NCBI GenBank assembly: GCA_045863295.1
Contig: BTWA01000019.1
Span: 36,089-90,177, forward strand
DNA: 54,089 nt
Direction of reading: 5' to 3'
Source of the DNA: Candidatus Hydrogenedentota bacterium
GTDB lineage: Bacteria > Hydrogenedentota > Hydrogenedentia > Hydrogenedentales > SLHB01
Shown here: positions 8,711 to 18,325 of the stretch, in pieces
How the letters are laid out: the number at the start of each line of letters is the position of its first letter
Position numbering within the stretch: the stretch's first letter is position 1
Notes under the pieces: generated by a model
Databases searched by the model: none
What the model saw: the letters and a program-made list of their open reading frames with translations, nothing else
Told to the model about the DNA's origin: nothing
Made by a program: the position numbers and the translations under genes

Positions 8711-11700
8711 TCAACGCCCGAACAGGCGACTCATGAATCCTTTTGAAAGATTCGGATCGGCCATGTAGTTCGCGGGCTTGATGGCGGCGGCCGTATCTTT
8801 GAGTTGTTGAAGGACGCCTTGGGGATGGAGCCATCCGTATCCCGCACAACCGAGATCGTAGAGGAATTCGTTCAGTTCGTCGGTAGTCCAATTGGAGCGG
8901 CCTTTTTTTGACAGGGCATTGGTGACTTCGGCTTCGGTGGGCAAGCGGTTATCCGGGATGCTGCCTGCGTACGGCATGGTTGCGAGCAGAAAGCGCCGGA
9001 TGTACGGATCCGCGCCGGGATCGTTCAGGGCGGGCTGCCGGTCTTCGAGCTCCCAGTCCAATGTCCACACTTTGACGGTGCCGTCCTTGCCTGCGGAGAC
9101 AGCATATCGGCTGTCGTCTGTCATGGCGACGGCGAGCACGATGTCGTCATGCCCTTCGAACGTATGCACGCGTTTGCCTGTGACGAGATCCCACAGGATC
9201 ATGGTTTTATCCGAGCCGCCAGAGAGTGCGTACCGGTTGTCAGCACTGAAGCAGACGGATTCAATGCTGCCGGAGTGACCTTCCAGGGCGAGCCTGCAGA
9301 TGCCCTGCTCGAGGTCCCAAAGGCGCAGTTCGCCGGGTTTCGCGAGAAACGCTCCAGAACCGGATAGTGCCCATCGGCCGCAACCGCTTGCGGCGAGGCA
9401 CTGGATGGATTGGGAATGGCCTTCCATCATGGCGACACACTGGCCCCGAACCAGGTCCCACATGCGGACCACTTTGTCCTGGCCGCCGCTTAGGGCGTAG
9501 CGACTGTCCGCGCAAAAGGCCGTCGCGGAGAGGTCTTGGGTGTGACCTTGGAAGGCGCGGAGTTCACGGCCGGTTTGGACGTGCCACACGCTGAGGTATT
9601 TTGCGTATGCGGCGAGTGCGAAGCGTCCGTCACGCGAGACGTCCAGTGCGCCGATCAGATCCGACAGTTGATCAAAATCGCGGAAGGCGGTTCCTTGATC
9701 GGTGTGCCATGCTTTGATCTGCCAGCCGCCGGAGAGGGTCGTGCGGCCGTCCGGGGTGACACACACAGTTTCGATGGTGCCGGGCTCGACATCGAAGTCT
9801 CGAATGCGCCTGCCGTCGGCAAGGTCCCAGAGGGAGATTCGGCTTTCACCGGAAAGTGTAACCATGTTTTGTCCGCGCTTGACGACGCCGAGTGCTTTGA
9901 GTGAGTCACCGACGTCGGGAATCGTGTAGGCTTCCCAAGCGCTGTTCAGTTTGACTTTAGGCAGACGCGTGTACAGTTTTCGCCATTCTTGCATGGCTTC
10001 CTGGGTTCTTCGCCGGCCGGGTTGATTTCGCGCTTTCCGGAGGGCCTGGGCCGTGCCAAGCACGTTGCCTTGCTTGAACAGGGACCGTGCCCGGTTGAGT
10101 TCCTCGCTGAATTGCTGGCTTGCGGACAGGAGTTCCTCGCTTGCCCTTGCCTGGCACATCATGGTGGTGGCGACAATTCGAAGGTCGGCGCTTCCGACAT
10201 GCCAAAGGTTGATCGTTTTTCCTCTTGACACCGATACGAGGTAGCGCCCCGTGGGGTGGAAAGAAACGCCAGTTACTTCATCGGTGTGGCCGGTAAAGGT
10301 GCACAGGCATCGGCCTGTAGCGGCATCCCACAGGCGGACCGTCCGGTCTTTGCCTCCTGAGGCGTAGTAGCGGCCGTCAGCGCTGACGGCTACACAATAG
10401 ACGACTCCGTTGTGTCCCGGGAGCGTGTGAACGCACTTGCTTGCCGGTATATCCCATACGCGTACGGTGCCATCGTGACTGGATGAGACGAGCCGGTTTC
10501 CGTCGGGCGAAAAGGCGACTCCGGACACCGCCGATTCGTGTTCGCTGAAGAGGATGAGGCAGGTATGTTCGGCCAACCGCCACACGCGCACGGTCCGATC
10601 GAGTCCGCCGGATGCCGCAAGGCCGACATGTTCGGCCAATGCAATTGCGGTGACGGGTCCTCGGTGCCCTGAAAGGCTATGTGCGATTTCGCCGTTATGG
10701 ACGTCCCATACATTGATAACGCCTTCGCCTCCGGCGGTGAGTGCTTTTCTGGCATCGGCATCGAGCGCGACGGACCAGACGGCATCGTTGTGCGAGCCGA
10801 CCGTGAACAGGAGCTTTCGTTGTGCCGTGTCCCATAGCCGGACGGTACGGTCACGGCCGCCGGAAAGTGCGTAGCTTCCGTCCGCGGAGACAGCGACGGA
10901 AGTGACATTATTTGAATGACCCTCGAACGTGCCGACACATCCCCCAGTATCCAGGTCCCATAATTTTAGCGTGTTGTCGTCGCTTCCGGTAAGGATATGT
11001 TTGCCGTCCGCAAGACAGACGACGGATGTGATGTCGTCGTTGTGGCCCTTAATGGTTCTCGCGATACCTCTGGAGACTTTGAAGTATTGCTGTACCTGGC
11101 CCATGGCGGTAGTGACTTCGCGGGGCAGCGGATCGATACCTTTGATTTCCTTGAGCGAGTTGAGAGCGCTACGGAAATCTGAGCGTTCCAAATGGATGAG
11201 TGCGATGAGGAAATGGGGCAGCCATTCGCCGGGATGGAACGACGCGACCTCTTGGAGACGCGCAAGGCACGCCGCATCGGTCAGGCGACCGGAGCGCCAT
11301 CGTGCAAGCGAGAGGTTGTACGTGGATTCAGGGTGTTGCGGATCAGTTTTCAGTGCCGTTTCCCATACGGTCTCGGCTTGAGGCGCATGTCCCAAGTCAA
11401 CGAGGGAAAGAGCCCGATTGTTAATGCTGTCCGCGAGGGCTTCGGCGGCGCTGGGTTCTTTTCTCGCATATGGGGCGGTCGCATACTTTGCGTAGATATT
11501 TTGGAGGATTGCAGCGATTTCCCGTAGGCTTTCTGGACGCGCATCGGGGTTTTCCTGCAAGCACTTTGCGATAAGCTGGGCGATTTCGGGCACGATGGGG
11601 ATCTTGGGCTGAACCTGCGGGGAATTTACCTGCGCCTTGAACGCGACACCCGCCTGATGCCCGGCCTTCCAAGTCACGGTTCCCAACAGGGTCTCGAAGA

Positions 11701-12553
11701 GCGATACGGCCCAACTCCAGATGTCTGTCTTGACCGTAAGGGCTTCCTTGCGCGCTTGTTCGGGAGAGCAATAGGCGCGGGTCATGCCGGTATTGAATGC
11801 CTGACCTTCGGGTGTATCGGCGCCCGGCGCTTGAGAGGCATATGCTTTGGCACGGGCGAGTCCGAAGTCAGTGACCTTAGCGACACCGGCCGGCGTAATC
11901 ATGAGGTTTGCCGGTTTCACATCCTGGTGGATGACGCCGCGATCGTGTGCAAACTGCAGTCCCCAGGCGAATTGAATGAAGATGTCGAGAATGCGTAGAA
12001 ACGTCTGTTTGGGGTCGCCTTTATAGAGGGCTCCGCTACGAATTAGCTGCCACAGGTTTTGACCTTCGACGTATTCCGCGAACACGCGCGGCATTCCGCC
12101 CAGGCGGCGCACGTAGTAGCAGCTGACGACATTGGGGTGGAGTCCGAGGTTAATCCATGTTTCGCATTCGCGTTCGAAGTTAATCGCGCCGGCCGTTTTT
12201 TCGAGCGTCTTCAGTTTGGGGCTTTTGACGGCCAGAAACATGTTCCAACGGCGATGGCGCACTTTGAATACTTTGCCCATACCGCCTTCGCCGAGCAGTC
12301 CGGTGATTTCGTACAGGTTGAGTATGATGTCGCCGACGTTCCAATCGTGTGGCACGCCATCTTCTTCGGCGGGAGGGGGCAGGGCGACTTCAGTGTCGAA
12401 ACTGGTGATGTCAAGGACGGGTTGTGCTTTTTCGCGTGTTACGTGGATGGGTTTGCCGCACCCGACACACGCACCGTGTTTGCCGAAATCATTTTCGGAG
12501 ACGGTCATTCGCTGGCCGCATGTACATGCAACCACAAACTTTTCAGCTGGCAT
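8711..12553 (-). CDS. Ser/Thr protein kinase with N-terminal Zn ribbon, TPR segment and two WD40 repeat blocks
   Basis: CTCG...CVGC; LGEGGMGKV, AVKSP, HQDVKPAN, DFG, YCSPEQ; TPR-like helices; about 14 WD40-type (GH...WD) repeats. Confidence 0.93.
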   Translation of the reverse strand: MPAEKFVVACTCGQRMTVSENDFGKHGACVGCGKPIHVTREKAQPVLDITSFDTEVALPPPAEEDGVPHDWNVGDIILNLYEITGLLGEGGMGKVFKVRHRRWNMFLAVKSPKLKTLEKTAGAINFERECETWINLGLHPNVVSCYYVRRLGGMPRVFAEYVEGQNLWQLIRSGALYKGDPKQTFLRILDIFIQFAWGLQFAHDRGVIHQDVKPANLMITPAGVAKVTDFGLARAKAYASQAPGADTPEGQAFNTGMTRAYCSPEQARKEALTVKTDIWSWAVSLFETLLGTVTWKAGHQAGVAFKAQVNSPQVQPKIPIVPEIAQLIAKCLQENPDARPESLREIAAILQNIYAKYATAPYARKEPSAAEALADSINNRALSLVDLGHAPQAETVWETALKTDPQHPESTYNLSLARWRSGRLTDAACLARLQEVASFHPGEWLPHFLIALIHLERSDFRSALNSLKEIKGIDPLPREVTTAMGQVQQYFKVSRGIARTIKGHNDDITSVVCLADGKHILTGSDDNTLKLWDLDTGGCVGTFEGHSNNVTSVAVSADGSYALSGGRDRTVRLWDTAQRKLLFTVGSHNDAVWSVALDADARKALTAGGEGVINVWDVHNGEIAHSLSGHRGPVTAIALAEHVGLAASGGLDRTVRVWRLAEHTCLILFSEHESAVSGVAFSPDGNRLVSSSHDGTVRVWDIPASKCVHTLPGHNGVVYCVAVSADGRYYASGGKDRTVRLWDAATGRCLCTFTGHTDEVTGVSFHPTGRYLVSVSRGKTINLWHVGSADLRIVATTMMCQARASEELLSASQQFSEELNRARSLFKQGNVLGTAQALRKARNQPGRRRTQEAMQEWRKLYTRLPKVKLNSAWEAYTIPDVGDSLKALGVVKRGQNMVTLSGESRISLWDLADGRRIRDFDVEPGTIETVCVTPDGRTTLSGGWQIKAWHTDQGTAFRDFDQLSDLIGALDVSRDGRFALAAYAKYLSVWHVQTGRELRAFQGHTQDLSATAFCADSRYALSGGQDKVVRMWDLVRGQCVAMMEGHSQSIQCLAASGCGRWALSGSGAFLAKPGELRLWDLEQGICRLALEGHSGSIESVCFSADNRYALSGGSDKTMILWDLVTGKRVHTFEGHDDIVLAVAMTDDSRYAVSAGKDGTVKVWTLDWELEDRQPALNDPGADPYIRRFLLATMPYAGSIPDNRLPTEAEVTNALSKKGRSNWTTDELNEFLYDLGCAGYGWLHPQGVLQQLKDTAAAIKPANYMADPNLSKGFMSRLFGR

Positions 12554-12802
12554 TCCGTCTCTCGCTTCGGATGATACCCATTGTCGTGCCGTTCACCTTT
12601 GTTTCATCATAGCCGAGCACGGTAACCTGAACAAGCGCTGGTGGAGAAGTCTGGTATGGAAGGGGCGATTCAGGGTGTTCACTGCACTGTGGACTGCCGG
12701 ATTTTCGGGTTTGCACGCGTTGCCCATTGTGCATTTGTCTGGTAGTGTTGGCGTCGCTGGGCTATCTGCGCGTTTATCGAAAACAAGAATTGGGGGTGCC
12801 AC

Positions 12803-14062
12803 GTGAAGAGATCCTGGGTCGTCTCCACTGTTGTTTGTTTGGGATTGCTGCAGCCGTTGATCGGCCACGCGGAATCCGATGGATTCATTCGGCTGAATGG
12901 CAAAACGCTGTTTCCGCTTGGCTTCTATGAATTGCCCACTACTGACGCGGATTTGAAGGCAATGGCCGAATCCGGGGTGAATCTGGTCCGTTGCGGTACT
13001 GGCGGTGATTTGGATCGTGTCCATACGGCGGGAGTCCTTGGTTGGATGCCCCTACCACTGGACGGCGGCGCCACCGAGCCGTTGCGGTCTCGAATAGAAG
13101 CCGTGAAGGACCATCCCGCGTTGGCGGTTTGGGAGGGACCGGACGAGGTCGTGTGGAATTTCACGGCATTCAGCGGACTATACAAGAACCAGGGCGTATA
13201 CCAGGACAAGGACGAATGGTGGAAGCAGACGCCTCGTGCAATTGAATACTCAGAAGCGAGGGCCGCGGAGATTATTCCGAACATGCGCGCTGCGGCCGAA
13301 CTGATTCGAGCACTGGATCCGCACGGCCGCCCGCTATGGTTGAACGAGGCCCTTCGAAGCGATGTCCGGTTCGTGCGGGAATGCCTGCAATTCTACGATA
13401 TCACGGGGTGCGACATCTATCCGGTGTCGGGGTTGGAGCGCAAAGTGGAACGCATGGGCGGCGCGACGGATCGTTGGCTGCAATTAAGCAAAGGCAAACC
13501 GATCTGGATGGTCATGCAGGCGTTTTCCTGGGACGAATTAGGACCGGACTATGCGGAACGGGGCACAGCGTATCCGAGTTTCATGGAGTCCCGGTTCATG
13601 GCATACGACGTGATAGCCCATGGCGCGAAGGGAATCCTGTATTGGGGTTCGAGTTACTTGAAATCAAATGAATTCCGAACATCGTTGTATGCGCTGATTT
13701 CGGAGTTGAACGCGTTGCAGCCGTTTCTCGTGGCGCCGCATGCGGCGGAAGCTAACGTGGAACTGGTGGAGTTGACTGAAGAGCGTGCCGGGCTGGGAGT
13801 CGCCATGACCGCGCGGCGGGCAGGGGAAGATTGGCTGATTGTTCTCGCGAATGACGACACCGTACCGCGCATGGGTGTTGTCGTGAACGGTCTGGGCGCG
13901 TTGGAGGGCAGGGAGTTGTTTGAATTGTACGGCAACGAGAAGCGGGTAGTGACCGCAGGAGAGATCGTCACGCGTATACAGCCCCGGGAGGCTAAAGTCT
14001 TTTGCACGTCACGCGTTTATGAGGTTCCGCGAGGAGCCGGACGCGATTATCCTGGCCAGTGA
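12803..14062 (+). CDS. Secreted putative glycoside-hydrolase-like (TIM barrel) protein
   Basis: Signal peptide. FPLGFY, HPALAVWEGPDE, GCDIYP and HGAKGILYW patterns resemble GH-like barrels. Family not certain. Confidence 0.6.
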   Translation: MKRSWVVSTVVCLGLLQPLIGHAESDGFIRLNGKTLFPLGFYELPTTDADLKAMAESGVNLVRCGTGGDLDRVHTAGVLGWMPLPLDGGATEPLRSRIEAVKDHPALAVWEGPDEVVWNFTAFSGLYKNQGVYQDKDEWWKQTPRAIEYSEARAAEIIPNMRAAAELIRALDPHGRPLWLNEALRSDVRFVRECLQFYDITGCDIYPVSGLERKVERMGGATDRWLQLSKGKPIWMVMQAFSWDELGPDYAERGTAYPSFMESRFMAYDVIAHGAKGILYWGSSYLKSNEFRTSLYALISELNALQPFLVAPHAAEANVELVELTEERAGLGVAMTARRAGEDWLIVLANDDTVPRMGVVVNGLGALEGRELFELYGNEKRVVTAGEIVTRIQPREAKVFCTSRVYEVPRGAGRDYPGQ

Positions 14063-14069
14063 CCGGTAT

Positions 14070-16013
14070 ATGGTCGCAGTCATGAGGATTACTCGCACAA
14101 TTCGAGCGGCCGCGGTCGCGTTCCTGGGTTCGCGCTTGTTGCCTTTGGGTGTTGCAGTGCTGGGAGCGGTACTTACGCTGCCCTCTTTGAACAACGGCTA
14201 TTCGCGCGATGATCATTTGATGCGTGCTTGTTTCCAGGGCATGCCCGGGTTGCCTGAATATTCCCGGGGTCCGACCGACACGTTTGTGTTCTTCAACGGC
14301 GATTCCGAAGAGACTCATGCGCTTGTTGACCGGGGACTATTGCCCTGGTGGACGGCGCCGGAATTGAAAGTTGCATTCTGGCGGCCGATCGCATCCTGGC
14401 TTCACTTCGCGGACTTTCGGCTGGTTGGCGACAATCCGATGGCCATGCAGGCGCATAGCATTGCATGGTATGCGTTGCTGTGCGCGTTGGCGACGCTGTT
14501 GTTCCGGCGGTTCTTATTGCCCGCGTGGATTGCCGGTCTCGCTGCGTTCTTGTATGCGATCGACGATGATCATGGAATCGTTGTAGGCTGGTTATGCAAT
14601 CGGAACGGCCTAATTACCGCGTGCATTGGTGTGCTTACGATCTTGGCGCACGACCACTGGCGGCGGGGTGGTAAGGTGTGGGCAGCGCCCGTTGCCTATG
14701 CGTTGATGGCTACCGGGTTATTGAGCGGGGAGGCGGGAATTGGTATCGCGGCGTTCTTATTCTCATACACCTTGTTTCTGGATGGCACTACCTTGGGAAA
14801 GCGGATCCTTGTCTTTGTCCCATATGCCGTGTTGACGTTGGTGTATCTGGCCGTGTACCGAACGCTTGGCTACGGAACCCTGGGCAGCAACTGGTATCTC
14901 GATCCCGGTACTTCGCTTGTTCCTTTTCTTCTTCGTGTTATTGGCAACCTTCCATTGTTGACCTGCACCATGCTGTTTCTTTGGCCCACGTGGGTTTGGC
15001 AGTTCAGAACGCCAGCGGAAGAGCCGGTGCTTTTTGGCATTGTCTTATTGATTATTGCCTGGTTTTTCTATTTGTACCGGCCCCTGTTGCGTCAGAATCG
15101 CGTGGCATGTTTCTGGATGGCTGGAGCGGTCTTGAGTCTTGTGCCCTCGTGTGCGGTTGTACCGCACCATCGTCTGACCGTGTTTGCCGGCATAGGAACC
15201 ATGGCCGTCACTGCGATGTTTCTGGGTGGATATTGGACCCGGGCCGATTGGGTCCCCGCCGGCCGCTTGTGGCGCATCAATGCGCGGGCCGGGGTCGCGT
15301 TGATACTGATTGCACATATAGTTTTGGCGATTTACCAGCTTCCTTTTTACAGCATGAATATGGCTATTGCGGCGGAAAACACGGATGTTGCCGACGCGTC
15401 GATTCCTTCAACCGAAGGGGTTCGAGACAAGACCGTCATTCTGATGCATTCGCCCGACGATTTGTTTGCGTGGATTTTTCACGTCAAACGATCGGCCGAC
15501 GGCACGCCGATGCCCAAACACCTACGCCTGCTAAACAGTTCGCACAAGATGTGGATCGAGCGGGAAGACGAACGGACTTTGTTGCTGCGCCCCGATGACG
15601 GTTTTATACCGTATGCGTGGCACAGTCCCATGCGAAGCTCCAAAACGCCCATGCGCGCGGGCGATGTATTCGCCCTTTCGGGGCTAAAAGTGACCGTTAC
15701 GGAGGTGGATGAAGCGGGTTGGCCGCTCGAGGCGCGGTTTGTGTTCGATGTTTCCCTTGACGATCCGTCGCTCCTATGGTTGGGGCTGGCCCGCGAACGG
15801 CGCCACTCGACGCACTTGGGCCGGTCCATTTGGTCGCACGTATATATTTCAATAACGCCGCCCGCGATAGGCGAGCGTGTCCGCATGCGTGCGTTGGTGG
15901 AAGGCAGCCCCGGATTCGACAAACTGAAGATGGATTCCGGGCAAGGGGTCGACAAGGCCGACGACGACCGCAGTGGTTCATCCGACGGGAGTGCCGGGCA
16001 AGGGTCGCCGTAA
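14070..16013 (+). CDS. Polytopic membrane protein, GT-C glycosyltransferase-like
   Basis: First TM followed by a DD motif (GYSRDDHL), FWRP, many TM helices, soluble C-terminal domain. Start at 14070 avoids overlap with the upstream gene. Confidence 0.6.
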   Translation: MVAVMRITRTIRAAAVAFLGSRLLPLGVAVLGAVLTLPSLNNGYSRDDHLMRACFQGMPGLPEYSRGPTDTFVFFNGDSEETHALVDRGLLPWWTAPELKVAFWRPIASWLHFADFRLVGDNPMAMQAHSIAWYALLCALATLLFRRFLLPAWIAGLAAFLYAIDDDHGIVVGWLCNRNGLITACIGVLTILAHDHWRRGGKVWAAPVAYALMATGLLSGEAGIGIAAFLFSYTLFLDGTTLGKRILVFVPYAVLTLVYLAVYRTLGYGTLGSNWYLDPGTSLVPFLLRVIGNLPLLTCTMLFLWPTWVWQFRTPAEEPVLFGIVLLIIAWFFYLYRPLLRQNRVACFWMAGAVLSLVPSCAVVPHHRLTVFAGIGTMAVTAMFLGGYWTRADWVPAGRLWRINARAGVALILIAHIVLAIYQLPFYSMNMAIAAENTDVADASIPSTEGVRDKTVILMHSPDDLFAWIFHVKRSADGTPMPKHLRLLNSSHKMWIEREDERTLLLRPDDGFIPYAWHSPMRSSKTPMRAGDVFALSGLKVTVTEVDEAGWPLEARFVFDVSLDDPSLLWLGLARERRHSTHLGRSIWSHVYISITPPAIGERVRMRALVEGSPGFDKLKMDSGQGVDKADDDRSGSSDGSAGQGSP

Positions 16014-16039
16014 TTCTTGATTTGAGTGCCAATTTTTAC

Positions 16040-16068
16040 TTGCAGATTGGCCTTGGATGTGGTTTAAT
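16040..16068 (+). promoter_or_regulatory. Putative sigma70 promoter of the radical SAM gene
   Basis: TTGCAG (16040-16045), 17 bp, TTTAAT (16063-16068), with an extended TG, in an AT-rich gap. Confidence 0.55.
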
Positions 16069-16091
16069 ACCTGAAAATAATTACAGGTATT
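16066..16091. promoter_or_regulatory. Palindromic operator, LexA/SOS-box-like (CTG-N10-CAG)
   Basis: AATACCTG-aaaataatta-CAGGTATT has perfect 8-bp arms. It overlaps the -10 element and ends 3 nt before the ATG. Confidence 0.6.
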
Positions 16092-16094
16092 TAT

Positions 16095-17159
16095 ATGGAA
16101 TTTCGGGATCCGCTAAAAGGCCGTGGCGCATCGTTCAACCCTTTGAACCGTTTTGATTTGATTGGGTATGTGAAGGATGAATGGGACGAGGGCGCTGAAT
16201 TCGCACGTCGCCCGGCGACGGAGTTTTACCGGGATGCCTCGAAATCCATTCTGGTTTCCAACGACAGTCCGGACATTCCTTTTGAAGCGAGCTTGAACCC
16301 CTACCGGGGCTGTGAGCACGGATGTGTGTATTGCTATGCACGGCCTTACCACGAGTATCTGGGCTGGTCAGCCGGGCTGGATTTCGAGACGAAGATTATG
16401 GTGAAGGAAGACGCGCCGGAGTTGCTTCGCCGGGAGCTTGCTTCGCCGCGGTGGTCCCCGAAGACGATTGCCATGTCGGGGGTGACTGACTGTTATCAAC
16501 CCGCAGAGCGCCGGTATCAACTGACGCGGCAGTGCCTGCAGGTATTGGCGGAATTCCGCAATCCGGTTGGGATAGTGACCAAGAATGCGCTGGTAACCCG
16601 CGATCTGGATGTATTGGGTGATCTTGCGGCGCACCAGTGCGCGGTGGTCATGGTTTCCATCACGACGTTGCATACTGAGTTGAATCGTGTGATGGAACCA
16701 CGCACATCGCTTCCGAGGCAGCGACTTGCCGCAATAGAGGCGTTGACTCAAGCGGGAGTGCCGGCAGGGGTTATGGTGGCGCCGGTCATACCGGGTCTGA
16801 ATGACGAAGAGATCCCCTCCATTTTGAAAGCGGCCTACGATGCCGGGGCACGGTATGCGGGGTATATTATGATTCGGCTTCCGCATGCGGTCGCGCCCTT
16901 GTTTGAACAATGGTTGGAGCATCATTTGCCGGGCAAGCGGGAGCGGATACTGAATCGCATCCGATCGGTACGAGAAGGAAAACTCAACAGCGCGCAATTT
17001 GGCGATCGCATGCGGGGCAAGGGTTTTCACGCCGAGCAGATATGTCAGTTGTTTCAGGTATCGTGCAGGCAATACGGCTTCAATACCGCGCGGAGCGCGT
17101 TGTCGACGGCGTTTTTCCGCCGGCCGACGGACATGCGAGGTCAATTGAATTTGTTTTAG
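16095..17159 (+). CDS. PA0069/Rv2578c-family radical SAM protein (SPL-related, putative DNA repair)
   Basis: NPYRGCEHGCVYCYARP (CxxxCxxC), TDCYQPAE, MEPRTS, RLPH, C-terminal QLNLF. Confidence 0.92.
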   Translation: MEFRDPLKGRGASFNPLNRFDLIGYVKDEWDEGAEFARRPATEFYRDASKSILVSNDSPDIPFEASLNPYRGCEHGCVYCYARPYHEYLGWSAGLDFETKIMVKEDAPELLRRELASPRWSPKTIAMSGVTDCYQPAERRYQLTRQCLQVLAEFRNPVGIVTKNALVTRDLDVLGDLAAHQCAVVMVSITTLHTELNRVMEPRTSLPRQRLAAIEALTQAGVPAGVMVAPVIPGLNDEEIPSILKAAYDAGARYAGYIMIRLPHAVAPLFEQWLEHHLPGKRERILNRIRSVREGKLNSAQFGDRMRGKGFHAEQICQLFQVSCRQYGFNTARSALSTAFFRRPTDMRGQLNLF

Positions 17160-17185
17160 ATGCGTGGCGGACGCCGCAATATCCT

Positions 17186-17213
17186 TTGCGAACGGTGCGG
17201 CAGAGGGTATAAT
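17186..17213 (+). promoter_or_regulatory. Putative sigma70 promoter
   Basis: TTGCGA, 16 bp, TATAAT, followed by a GGAGGAG RBS at 17223-17229. Confidence 0.5.
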
Positions 17214-17236
17214 GAAGGCCGTGGAGGAGCGATGCC

Positions 17237-18325
17237 ATGGCGTGGACTTCGATGAGCCTTGACGATCCCGTTATCCGGCCTCTCGACCATTTTGCCGGCA
17301 CACGCGACCACGCCGCTCCACAGGATCGGCTTGAAGCGGTCCGCCGGCAGGCGCACGCATTTCGCGACTCGATGTTGCAGGGTGCGCCGGTGCCTTACTA
17401 TCGTTCATTCAATCTGATTCGAGTACCGTATCCGCGCCGGTACGCGCTTAAAGACGCTTGTACGGTTCCGATACCCTATGTGCACATTTTCAACCGGTTG
17501 TTTGTCGTTCAATTCAGAAGCGACGACGGTCTGAAAACACTTCTTGTATCGCCTTCCGATATTTACGGCAATGCGGAAACGCCGTTTTTCAAGCGTATAC
17601 GCGACGGCATGGGCCCTGTGAAGGCGTTTCTGCAGCCGATATTGGCTCCGGAGTATGGCACGGTGGAAACCTGCCTCGCGCGGACGGGGATCAGGCCCGA
17701 GCAGGTGGACTACATAACGTATGATCATTTGCATACGCAGGATCTTCGACGTTGGCTGGGTGTGAATGACAGGCCGGGCTTTTTGCCGAATGCCAAGCTA
17801 CTTGTGATGCGGCAGGAATGGGAGTCGGCCAAGGCGTTGCTGCCGCCACAAAGCGACTGGTATTGTCCGCACGGTCTGCAGGGGGTTCCCGAGGAGAAAG
17901 TTGTTCTTCTTGACGGAGACGCGATGCTGGGCGAGGGGGTTGCGCTTATACACACGCCGGGTCACACCGAAGGCAATCACTCAATCGTGGTGCACACGCC
18001 CGAAGGTCTGTTTGTGACGAGTGAAAACGGGGTTGGTCCGGACGCGTATGCGCCTCGCAAGTCGCGGATTCCCGGGCTACGCAAGTACGCGGAATCGACG
18101 GGGATAGACGTCGTGCTGAACAGCAACACGCTGGAGCGGGGTCTGGATCAGTACATTTCGATGGTGCAGGAGCGCGAAATTGCAGGGGCTTCGCCCCGCA
18201 ACGCGGAGTTTCACAATATTGCCAGTTCATCCGAGCTTACATCGTACTGGTTGTTTCCTGGGATACACCCGACCTTGACGATCGGTGAGGTGGAGTTTGG
18301 GAAGCCGGAGGAGGTTGTGCCATGA
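17237..18325 (+). CDS. Metallo-beta-lactamase-fold hydrolase-like protein
   Basis: GIRPEQVDYITYDHLHTQD and HTPGHTEGN motifs. Confidence 0.75.
   Translation: MAWTSMSLDDPVIRPLDHFAGTRDHAAPQDRLEAVRRQAHAFRDSMLQGAPVPYYRSFNLIRVPYPRRYALKDACTVPIPYVHIFNRLFVVQFRSDDGLKTLLVSPSDIYGNAETPFFKRIRDGMGPVKAFLQPILAPEYGTVETCLARTGIRPEQVDYITYDHLHTQDLRRWLGVNDRPGFLPNAKLLVMRQEWESAKALLPPQSDWYCPHGLQGVPEEKVVLLDGDAMLGEGVALIHTPGHTEGNHSIVVHTPEGLFVTSENGVGPDAYAPRKSRIPGLRKYAESTGIDVVLNSNTLERGLDQYISMVQEREIAGASPRNAEFHNIASSSELTSYWLFPGIHPTLTIGEVEFGKPEEVVP

Noticed and set aside
14894..14911. YLDPGT inside the GT-C-like protein, resembling the micro-protein motif
   Set aside because: Six-residue match in an unrelated context; probably chance.
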